DNA from: a virus
Taxonomy: Duplodnaviria > Caudoviricetes
Direction: 5' to 3' (one strand)
IMG/VR virus record: IMGVR_UViG_3300014202_001186
Span: 1-25,524 of that record
DNA: 25,524 bases
Both the position numbers and the translations under genes were made by a program. Positions 17,671 to 25,028 of the stretch are shown here, one piece after another; the stretch's first letter is position 1, and each line of letters opens with the position of its first letter. A model generated the notes under the pieces. The model was not told the origin of the DNA, ran no database searches, and saw nothing but the letters and a program-made list of their open reading frames with translations.

Positions 17671-17876
17671 TGATCACTCGGCAAGTAAGCCGCGCGGTGC
17701 GACTCGTGGCGATCGTGCGGGAGTTTGAGGCGGGCGCCATCATCAGCACGAGTGGCCTCGCGGAGAAGCACGAGTGCAGCGTGCGCCAGATCCAGCGGGA
17801 TATCCTGGCGATCGACGTGGATCTGCGGGTGCCGATCGTGAAGGTCGGGCCGAAGAAGTACGCGCTCTTCCGCTAG
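17670..17876 (+). CDS. Stand-alone winged HTH protein (HTH_11/YafY-PafB-type N-terminal domain, 68 aa)
   Basis: TGATG overlap; SRAVRLVAIV...STSGLAEKHECSVRQIQRDILAI...VPI...YAL matches the DNA-binding domain of WYL regulators. Confidence 0.75.
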   Translation: MITRQVSRAVRLVAIVREFEAGAIISTSGLAEKHECSVRQIQRDILAIDVDLRVPIVKVGPKKYALFR

Positions 17877-19060
17877 CTCCAGCGCGGCCCGTAGCGGGCT
17901 TCGAGGCGCGCGAGCATCTCCGGCCAGCCCTCGGAGAGCGTATTTCGCGGCGCCAGCGGGAGCGGCCCCACACGCCAGAGCGGGAGGTCCAGGTTGATCT
18001 CCTGGTAGCGATCGTAGGCGGCGTTGTAGGGGGTGCCGGTGGCGTGGATGAACTGCCAGATATCGTCGTCGCCCCAGTCGCGGAGCGGGACGCAGACGAT
18101 CCCTCCCCGGCGATGGTAGATCGGCCCGGCTTCGGCGAGGAAAGCGGCGCGGTTCTTGCTCTCGTCGCCGCGCAGTCCGAGGAAGGTAAGGTCGTAGCCC
18201 TCGCCCTGCGCCCAGTCGGTGAGCAGCCCAGGAATCGCCTCCGTGCCCTCGAGCGGCTCACGCCAGTAGGGCGCATCCCGCCACGAGGTGAACCAATAGG
18301 CGTGGGTCGCGTGCCCGGCGACGATGCGGAAGGGGCCCTGCACGTTGTAGCGCAGGCTCTCGATGAAGGCGACGCTCTCCGGGAACTCCAGCTCGTCATC
18401 GCTCCAGATCACGGGCACATCGGACCGGACCGCATGCACGAGCGCGAGCAGCACCGTGGAATCCTTGCCGCCGGAGAAGCTCACGTAGGGCCGGTGAACG
18501 GCCTCGCGAGCGAGCGCCTTGCGGATGATGTCGGCGGCCACGGCCACCTTATCGCGCAGCCCGCCGCGCCCGAAGTCGGCGCTGGCGAACGCGCGCGGCG
18601 TGGGCAGTTCGGATGGCCGCTTCGGCTGGGCCGGGAATTCGGTGATCGCATTGAGCGTGGAGGCGAGCCACGCCATCTCGGCATCGCCCTCGGATTGCGG
18701 GCCGTAGCGCTTCGCCCACACCTTGAAGCCCTCGGACTCGCCGTCGTCTTCCCGGTGCCGTGCCTCGCCGATTTTGAAGGGATTGAAGTCGATATCGGTG
18801 CGCATGGTGTAGCCGCGCGCCATAAGCCGATTCCAGCAATCGTAGGCGCGGTAGACAACGATCATGCGATCGCCCGGCACGCGGTACGCCTGCGGGCGGA
18901 TAGGCGCACCGCCGCCCGCCGCGTCCGCCTTCGCAATCCAGCAGGCCCGGCAGAGCCGCTGGCTGAAATCCCACAGCTTGGCCTGCCGCTCACGGTCCGG
19001 GCCGTAGAGTTGCTCGATCGCGGTGTGCCCGCACTGGTAGCGAACCTCAGTCCTCGCCAA
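17873..19060 (-). CDS. PAPS-reductase-family (adenine nucleotide alpha-hydrolase) protein with N-terminal Zn-binding domain (about 395 aa)
   Basis: SFSGGKDS PP-loop (18458-18481), ELEFPES, FLGLRGDES..R, PLRDW...DIWQFI...PYNAAYD, RVG; N-terminal YQCGH...LCRAC. TTG start at 19060 is inferred from overlap with the upstream stop. Confidence 0.85.
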   Translation of the reverse strand: MARTEVRYQCGHTAIEQLYGPDRERQAKLWDFSQRLCRACWIAKADAAGGGAPIRPQAYRVPGDRMIVVYRAYDCWNRLMARGYTMRTDIDFNPFKIGEARHREDDGESEGFKVWAKRYGPQSEGDAEMAWLASTLNAITEFPAQPKRPSELPTPRAFASADFGRGGLRDKVAVAADIIRKALAREAVHRPYVSFSGGKDSTVLLALVHAVRSDVPVIWSDDELEFPESVAFIESLRYNVQGPFRIVAGHATHAYWFTSWRDAPYWREPLEGTEAIPGLLTDWAQGEGYDLTFLGLRGDESKNRAAFLAEAGPIYHRRGGIVCVPLRDWGDDDIWQFIHATGTPYNAAYDRYQEINLDLPLWRVGPLPLAPRNTLSEGWPEMLARLEARYGPRWS

Positions 19061-19757
19061 TTCCGTTGAACCTTTCGCGCAGCGACTTGCCCTCATCGCG
19101 CTTCGCGCGCTCGGAAGCGGCCTTGCGCATCTCGGCCAGGGCTGATCCGGGCTCGGCCACCGCCGGCTCCTTCGCGAGCCGGGGCGTGGATTCCCGGGGC
19201 GGTGCGGCCTTCGGGTGCTCGGTATCGCGGAAGGGGCGACGGCCCAGCTTCGCGGCGATGGCGTCCAGCTCTTCATCCCGGAGCAGCAGTTTATCGCACA
19301 TGTGGAAGTCCGCCCCAACCTCGATCGCCAGCTCGCGGAGACGGTCGATCTGCACGCCGAAGCGCCGGGCGGCGAGATCCTCCATACACCACGGGAGCGA
19401 GCGGCTGCGCGCAGGCGGGGGCTCTGCCAGAGGTGCCACCTCGGCCGATCGGCCGGTCAGTTGCCCAGCGGCATTGCGCTCGCGCGGCGCGCAGTCCCAG
19501 CAGGAGTGTGTCTGGGGATCGCCGCCTCGAAGCTCATTGCTCGCGGTTTGAAGCAGCGCGCGTGAGCGCTGCCAGTGGCCATCCTGCCACCATCGCAGGC
19601 AGGTGATCGACTCAACGCGCGCGTATGCGGCCTCGATCTCGGCGGCGTGATCAGGGTGCTCGGCCTTCGCATCATCGGTATCGAGGCGCATCTCCCGCAG
19701 GCGCATTGTGCGGAAGCGCGGGAGATCGTCGACGCCAGGCAGAGGATATGCGTTCAT
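19047..19757 (-). CDS. Hypothetical protein (236 aa) with CxxC and a possible MerR/excisionase-like HTH
   Basis: ATGA overlap and SD GGAGG; HSCWDC; WCMEDLAARRFGVQIDRLRELA...LLLRDEELDAI. Confidence 0.65.
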   Translation of the reverse strand: MNAYPLPGVDDLPRFRTMRLREMRLDTDDAKAEHPDHAAEIEAAYARVESITCLRWWQDGHWQRSRALLQTASNELRGGDPQTHSCWDCAPRERNAAGQLTGRSAEVAPLAEPPPARSRSLPWCMEDLAARRFGVQIDRLRELAIEVGADFHMCDKLLLRDEELDAIAAKLGRRPFRDTEHPKAAPPRESTPRLAKEPAVAEPGSALAEMRKAASERAKRDEGKSLRERFNGIGED

Positions 19758-20413
19758 GGCTTCGCCTCCTTGCGGGGACGCCCGGTCGTGCGCGTGCGCA
19801 TTGCATCGACTTCGGACGGAGTGTACACGCGAGCTTGCCCGATCGATCGGCCGAGGCCGCGGACCTTCGCCATCCGCCGCACCCGGCTCTCGTCGAGGCC
19901 GAGCTCGCTTGCGACCTGGGCGCCGGTCCGGAGCCACGGCTCTGGCTCGTCGCGAAGTTCGACCACCGGGATTTCGAGGCTCCAGCCGTAACTCACAGGG
20001 TACCCGCGGCCGATTGCCCGCTTCATGAGATCGAGCGCATCGGCGGTGGGGTAGTCGAGGATGATCGGGAAATGGCTCTCAGCCACCATCTGCTCGGCGT
20101 GCGCCTTATCCCGCGCACGGATGAAGACGGTGCGCGCCGAGGGCTCCCCGGCATCGCCATCGGCGATCCAATGCGTCGCAACGACGATGCCGCGCGGGGC
20201 GTACGGAGTGATGCTGTACACCTCGTCTGCGGGCACCTCGCGGCCATCCACATCGACGGTCGCAGGATGGTAATAGGGCGAGCCTTCGACCACCTGGTAG
20301 CGAAGCGTCCCCTCGTGCGAGGGGACATCGAGGCCGAGCCAGTCCGCGGGGTCAGCCTTCGCCTGATCGGATTTCAGCGTCACGGCGACGGGAATGCTCA
20401 TATCCTGGTTCAT
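19754..20413 (-). CDS. DNA-binding protein with C-terminal MerR-like/HTH_17 domain and GRPRK AT-hook
   Basis: SD AGGAG; LRTGAQVASELGLDESRVRRMAK...ARVYTPSEVDAM...GRPRK. Confidence 0.75.
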   Translation of the reverse strand: MNQDMSIPVAVTLKSDQAKADPADWLGLDVPSHEGTLRYQVVEGSPYYHPATVDVDGREVPADEVYSITPYAPRGIVVATHWIADGDAGEPSARTVFIRARDKAHAEQMVAESHFPIILDYPTADALDLMKRAIGRGYPVSYGWSLEIPVVELRDEPEPWLRTGAQVASELGLDESRVRRMAKVRGLGRSIGQARVYTPSEVDAMRTRTTGRPRKEAKP

Positions 20414-20463
20414 CTCTTGCTCTCCTGCCCCGTCTGGCCGGGGCCACGCCGCTAGCGGGCGGC

Positions 20464-20856
20464 TCAGGCGGCGCGGGTGCGGCCATGATTATTGGCGAAG
20501 CAGCCCATCGGGTCGCAGTTTTCGCACCAGCCATCGCACCGGCAGGCGCAGATACGGGGGGCATCGTCGCCGGCCGTGCCGCATGCGGCGTGCATCGCCC
20601 CTGACTTGCTGGAGTAAAGGATCGGCGCATGCTTGCTGAACTGGCCATTGCAGCGCGTGCAGCGGCCGGCAAACTTCGCATTCATCGAGCGCAGCTCCTC
20701 GGCCTTCGGCGCTACGGGAGCGGAGCACTCGATGGTGTGCATGGCCCCGATGCCAGCCTTGTGCCAGACCTCAGTCCCGGCCTTGAAAGCGCCCTTGCAC
20801 TTGAAGCAGAACCCATCGTATTTGCTGTTCATCCGCTTGTATCCGTTGGCTTCCAT
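20464..20856 (-). CDS. Cys/His-rich protein with two tandem Zn-finger-like repeats and a Cys-rich tail (130 aa)
   Basis: MNSKYDGFCFKC...GAMHTIEC and MNAKFAGRCTRC...GAMHAAC; tail CACRCDGWCENCDPMGC; SD GAGGGG before ATG 20856. Confidence 0.75.
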   Translation of the reverse strand: MEANGYKRMNSKYDGFCFKCKGAFKAGTEVWHKAGIGAMHTIECSAPVAPKAEELRSMNAKFAGRCTRCNGQFSKHAPILYSSKSGAMHAACGTAGDDAPRICACRCDGWCENCDPMGCFANNHGRTRAA

Positions 20857-20884
20857 CTCTGCACCCCTCACCTGGTATTAAGAG

Positions 20885-20935
20885 ATATTAGCACGGTATC
20901 CGGCTACTTAGCAAGAGAAGTAGCCGGGTATCCGG
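20885..20935 (-). promoter_or_regulatory. Leftward sigma70-type promoter with overlapping inverted and direct repeats
   Basis: TTGCTA (20914-20909)-N18-TAATAT (20890-20885) with TGn extension in an AT-rich gap; CCGGCTACTT/AAGTAGCCGG inverted repeat; GGTATCCGG twice. Confidence 0.65.
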
Positions 20936-20964
20936 ATAGTTTTTGCGCCAGATCGTGACGTATT

Positions 20965-21432
20965 TTACTCGCAGCCGATGCCGTCGTTGTCGGCGTCGAA
21001 GGCCGGGCGGAAGCCGGGATCGCCGCGATAGATCGGGGCCTTGCCCGCGGCGCGGACGGCGGTGCAGTTGGCGTAGTAGACGGAGGCGGGAACGGGCGTG
21101 GGGGCGATGACGATCGGCCTGGGCGTTGCTGTCGGCGGGACGGGCGTGGCGGTAGGCGCGGCGACGATCGGGAGGGGCGTGGGTGTTGGCGGGACGGGTG
21201 TCGCGGTGGGAGGAACCGGCGTGGCCGTGGCCGTGGCCGTGGGCGGGACGGGCGTCTCCGTGGGCGCCACGGTGGTTGCGGCAGCCTGGTTCGATTCAGT
21301 CGCGCGCGCCGTGGGTGATGCGGAGGCCGAGGCGGACGGCGAGGCTACGGGAGTGGACATGACATCCTCGCCACCGCAGGCGGGGAGGATGAGCGCAAAG
21401 GCGGGCAGGAGGACGATGGGGGCGCGAAACAT
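20965..21432 (-). CDS. Lipoprotein with Pro/Thr-rich linker and C-terminal Excalibur Ca-binding domain (155 aa)
   Basis: Signal peptide with lipobox LPA-C; PTATPVPP repeats; YYANCTAVRAAGKAPIYRGDPGF...DADNDGIGCE; SD GGAG. Confidence 0.9.
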   Translation of the reverse strand: MFRAPIVLLPAFALILPACGGEDVMSTPVASPSASASASPTARATESNQAAATTVAPTETPVPPTATATATPVPPTATPVPPTPTPLPIVAAPTATPVPPTATPRPIVIAPTPVPASVYYANCTAVRAAGKAPIYRGDPGFRPAFDADNDGIGCE

Positions 21433-21470
21433 AATGCTGCTCCATGGGGGGATGCGGCGGGAGTATACGC

Positions 21471-21803
21471 CTATCGCCGCGCCGTCGGTGACGGCTGAGC
21501 GATGAACGCGAGGATGACGGCAGGGCACTTCGCTTGCATTGCTCGGGTGAGGTCGAGATTGTCCCAGCCGCGGCTACGTACCACGGTTCCCGCATCACGC
21601 ATCAGGTTGTCGAGGCTGCTTGCCGTCTGCGCCTTCGCGCAGGTCTGCGTCGCAAGCTCGTCAACCGTGGCAGGTGAGGACGAACGGGCCGTGGGAAGAC
21701 CGGTCGATCCGACGGGGTCATCGTCGTCGCCTGAGGGAGCCAGCGCCGCGGCAATGACAAGCACGATTACTGCGAGCCCAACAAAACCAAACAGCCATTT
21801 CAT
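21471..21803 (-). CDS. Membrane-anchored extracytoplasmic protein (110 aa)
   Basis: SD GAGGAG; N-terminal TM helix WLFGFVGLAVIVLVIAAAL; small domain with two Cys. Confidence 0.75.
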   Translation of the reverse strand: MKWLFGFVGLAVIVLVIAAALAPSGDDDDPVGSTGLPTARSSSPATVDELATQTCAKAQTASSLDNLMRDAGTVVRSRGWDNLDLTRAMQAKCPAVILAFIAQPSPTARR

Positions 21804-21879
21804 ATCACCGCTCCTCGCGTCATCCCCTGTCGCATTCTGTGCCCTCCGTGAAGATTCCCGTACCGGTGCCTATCCCCAA

Positions 21880-21909
21880 TAGACGCCGTACGAACACCCG
21901 TTCTATCCT
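21880..21909 (+). promoter_or_regulatory. Rightward promoter with a LexA (SOS) box between -35 and -10
   Basis: TAGACG-N18-TATCCT containing CGAAC-ACCC-GTTCT (21891-21904), matching the GAAC-N4-GTTC box of Firmicutes, Actinobacteria and Chloroflexi. Confidence 0.7.
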
Positions 21910-22009
21910 GCCACGACCTGCCATCGCCATTGCTGATGCCATTCTAACGAGACGTAACAGGGCAGGCATGATGTACGCGTCCGGGGCGTGACACCGGGAG
22001 GAGTTCGGT

Positions 22010-22192
22010 ATGGAAGACGGAGACTTCACGTTCGTCGCGGCCTTCCGCGCGAAGAGCGAGGCGGCGGCTACGAGGCTGCTCGCTGGGACTGAGGTGGTTC
22101 TTCCACCGTTTCGGGACGCTGGCGATGCAGTGGCAGTAATGCGTGTGCTATCAGAGCTAGCTCGCGAACGCCTTCTTCGTCCATCTGGCTGA
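22010..22192 (+). CDS. 60-aa ORF downstream of the SOS box, antisense to the repressor (candidate antirepressor)
   Basis: Strong SD GGGAGGAG just upstream of ATG; lies downstream of the LexA-box promoter. Confidence 0.5.
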   Translation: MEDGDFTFVAAFRAKSEAAATRLLAGTEVVLPPFRDAGDAVAVMRVLSELARERLLRPSG

Positions 22193-22439
22193 CGGTCCAC
22201 TCCAGGTCCTCCGTTGTTGATCCCGGGATCGTCGCTCCGGCGGCGCGGAAGAGGACGGTCACTGGACAGCGCAAGGCGCGCGCGAACGCATTGAAGAGTT
22301 CCACGTCGGGCCACTTCACCCGCCCCTTCTCGATGTGGCCCACGCGCGCCCGGCTGAGCCCGACGAGATCCCCGATCTCCTTCTGGGTCCTGTCGCCGCG
22401 CAGCTCGCGGATCTTCGCACCGAGCATGTTTTCTGGCAT
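22068..22439 (-). CDS. XRE-family (CI-like) repressor without S24 peptidase domain (about 123 aa)
   Basis: LGAKIRELRGDRTQKEIGDLVGLSRARVGHIEKG...P...FARAL HTH_3 signature; divergent from the early operon. Alternative starts at 22427 or 22457. Confidence 0.88.
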   Translation of the reverse strand: MPENMLGAKIRELRGDRTQKEIGDLVGLSRARVGHIEKGRVKWPDVELFNAFARALRCPVTVLFRAAGATIPGSTTEDLEWTVSQMDEEGVRELALIAHALLPLHRQRPETVEEPPQSQRAAS

Positions 22440-22510
22440 GGCTACGGATTGTTGCATCCGTGCTGGAACGGTGTTGACATCGCATGGGCGGGTGGCTACG
22501 ATGCGTTGCA
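22439..22510. promoter_or_regulatory. Switch region: rightward promoter TTGACA-N17-TACGAT and two 18-bp operators TGGCTACG-N4-GTTGCA
   Basis: -35 at 22474-22479, -10 at 22497-22502; repeats at 22439-22456 and 22493-22510, each an imperfect palindrome GCWAC-N5-GTWGC. Confidence 0.8.
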
Positions 22511-22511
22511 C

Positions 22512-22751
22512 ATGAGTATCGGAACCGTATCCAGAGGTCGTCGCCGGGTCGTTGTCGAGTTCGAGCCTTCGTTGGCCGAGCGGATCGCTGAGGCCGTGTC
22601 TGCCCGCTCGACCCCGTACCGCAAGCTCACCGCCAGCGACATCGTGCGCGAAGCGGTAGCCCGTTTTCTTTTGCCTGCGGAGGATACGAACGGTAGCCAA
22701 TCTGATACCGATACTAGCGAGCATCATAACCAAGGTGGATCAATCGCATGA
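22512..22751 (+). CDS. Ribbon-helix-helix (Arc/CopG-like) protein in the Cro position (79 aa)
   Basis: RRVVVEF strand, PSLAERIAEAV helix, ASDIVREAVARFL helix; ATG 9 nt after the -10 box. Confidence 0.7.
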   Translation: MSIGTVSRGRRRVVVEFEPSLAERIAEAVSARSTPYRKLTASDIVREAVARFLLPAEDTNGSQSDTDTSEHHNQGGSIA

Positions 22752-22927
22752 GGCAAATCAGTGCGCGAACAGCCCTGGCGTTCCAGGAGGACGCGATCGC
22801 GATTGCCTCGTGGGCGCGGAGCAACGGCTTCCCGGAGGACGCGGTCCGGATGCAGGAGTTCGCCGGGAAGCTCGCGCCGCTGACGGCTCCGCTGCGCAAC
22901 CGCTGGCGCGAGGAGAAGGCGTCGTGA
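22748..22927 (+). CDS. 59-aa hypothetical early protein (absent from the ORF track)
   Basis: ATGA overlap upstream and GTGA overlap downstream; MRQISARTALAFQEDAIAIASWARSNGFPEDAVRMQEFAGKL... Confidence 0.65.
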   Translation: MRQISARTALAFQEDAIAIASWARSNGFPEDAVRMQEFAGKLAPLTAPLRNRWREEKAS

Positions 22928-23028
22928 CCGGCACGCTCGCCACCGCGATCGCCTGCATCGTCGTCCTCGCCATGCTGCTCGGATTCACGCTGTGTATCGC
23001 CCGGGCGGCGGCGTGGGGCGACCGATGA
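22924..23028 (+). CDS. 34-aa single-TM peptide
   Basis: SD GAGGAG, overlaps at both ends; TLATAIACIVVLAMLLGFTLCIA. Confidence 0.6.
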   Translation: MTGTLATAIACIVVLAMLLGFTLCIARAAAWGDR

Positions 23029-23312
23029 CCGGCCTCGCACGGCGGCTGGCCTACAACGGCGAGCGCGGCGCCGGTAACTCGCACGAGGACGCCCTGGCGA
23101 TCGTGCGGACCAAGGCTGCGGCGGTAGAAGCCATCGCCGACAGCGAGGCCGGGGAGGACGTTTCGCATCCGCACTCCCCGGCTCCCTTCGGGATTACCGG
23201 GCCCAACGGCTCGCGAACCAACCGGGGCGGGGTAACCGCCAGCGCAAAGAGAAGCCCCGAACGGTTACAACGTTCGGGGCTCAGTGCAGACCTGATTTGG
23301 AGGTCCTTGTGA
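23025..23312 (+). CDS. Hypothetical early protein (95 aa) overlying a hairpin-rich segment
   Basis: ATGA and GTGA overlaps at its ends; no recognisable motif. Confidence 0.45.
   Translation: MTGLARRLAYNGERGAGNSHEDALAIVRTKAAAVEAIADSEAGEDVSHPHSPAPFGITGPNGSRTNRGGVTASAKRSPERLQRSGLSADLIWRSL
23253..23281 (-). terminator. Perfect 11-bp stem, 7-nt loop hairpin; terminator-like on the - strand
   Basis: AGCCCCGAACG-gttacaa-CGTTCGGGGCT, followed on the - strand by TCTCTTT. Confidence 0.45.
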
Positions 23313-23688
23313 ACCAGCATACCCGAACGCTCACTGGCGGACACCCCGAGGAGGTACGGCGCCTCATGGCCGAGCACGATGCCCGGGCGTTCGCCGCCGG
23401 CTGCCGCGAGGTGGCCGGGCTGCCCTACAAGCGCTCCATCGCCTACCCCGTGACGTTTCACTGCGACTGCACGGGCGAGATTGAGCTGATGACGGAGATG
23501 GTGCGGGACGCGAGCACCGACCTCCCGGGCGAGACGCCACGGGCGCGGTTCTACGCCGGGCGCAACGAGGTCTTCACCTGTCCCGGTTGTGGCGCGGTTG
23601 AACTCTTCCCGTTCGTCGGCATGGGCGCGTACGAGCTGGCCGAGTGCCATCCGGGCTGGGGCGAAGAGCGGGGCGGCGGGAGGGCAGC

Positions 23689-23692
<4 letters not shown>
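23309..23692 (+). CDS. Hypothetical Zn-ribbon protein (127 aa)
   Basis: SD GGAGG and GTGA overlap; HCDC...FTCPGCG. Confidence 0.7.
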
Positions 23693-24485
<793 letters not shown>

Positions 24486-24489
<4 letters not shown>

Positions 24490-24578
24490 CCCTCTTCATG
24501 CAGATCATCCTCGCCGGTTCGGTTGTCGCCTTCGGGCTGGCAACCGTCTTCGGCTGGGGCCACGGAGGACATCGATGA
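24486..24578 (+). CDS. 30-aa single-TM peptide
   Basis: SD GAGG, overlaps at both ends; LFMQIILAGSVVAFGLATVFGWG. Confidence 0.55.
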
Positions 24579-25027
24579 GCGAGTACGTGAACCCGGAATC
24601 CGGAGAGATCGACGAGATCCCGGAGGGCGAGGACCGGCTCTTCTGGATCGCCCGCCGGCTGCGGGAGGCGCAGGACCAGGAGAAAGAATGGGGCCGGACG
24701 GCCGCCGGGCTAAAAGCCACGCTGCTCGCCGAGCAGGAAGAGAAGCGCGCGGTCTACGGCGATGTCTCGATCTCCGTGCGCCAGAACATCCGCAGCGCGT
24801 TCCAGGCGCTGGCCTTCCGCGAGTACGTGGCCGATGCGCAGCTCGACGGCGGGGCGCTCCTCTCGCTCGTGCTGGCGGCGAAGGACTTCGATATCGCGAC
24901 GCTCGACGACGCGGCGATCGCGGACATGCTCCGCCGGTTCGTGGCCGAGCAGCCCACGCGGCCGTTCATCATCGCGGACCGGGTGAAGAAACTTCACCCC
25001 TCCACCGGCGCGCGGGAGGTTGCCTGA
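24575..25027 (+). CDS. Hypothetical helical protein, possibly Gam/Gp157-like recombination accessory (150 aa)
   Basis: SD GGAGG; VNPESGEI N-terminus and coiled-coil segment; directly upstream of the annealase. The product call is weak. Confidence 0.6.
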   Translation: MSEYVNPESGEIDEIPEGEDRLFWIARRLREAQDQEKEWGRTAAGLKATLLAEQEEKRAVYGDVSISVRQNIRSAFQALAFREYVADAQLDGGALLSLVLAAKDFDIATLDDAAIADMLRRFVAEQPTRPFIIADRVKKLHPSTGAREVA

Positions 25028-25028
25028 G

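Noticed and set aside
17873-19060. cysH as an auxiliary sulfur-metabolism gene, or a type IV-B CRISPR or Dnd locus
   Set aside because: ECGLH and Cys-Cys motifs are absent, and no csf, dnd or other cys genes are in the window.
17774-19069. 431-aa + strand ORF
   Set aside because: Antisense shadow of the PAPS-reductase-family gene with no recognisable domain.
22440-22733. 221-aa version of the repressor
   Set aside because: The extension would span the divergent promoter and the RHH gene; the HTH begins right after Met at 22439/22427.
23259-23275. Second LexA box (GAAC...GTTC)
   Set aside because: The spacer is 9 nt rather than 4; it is part of a hairpin stem.
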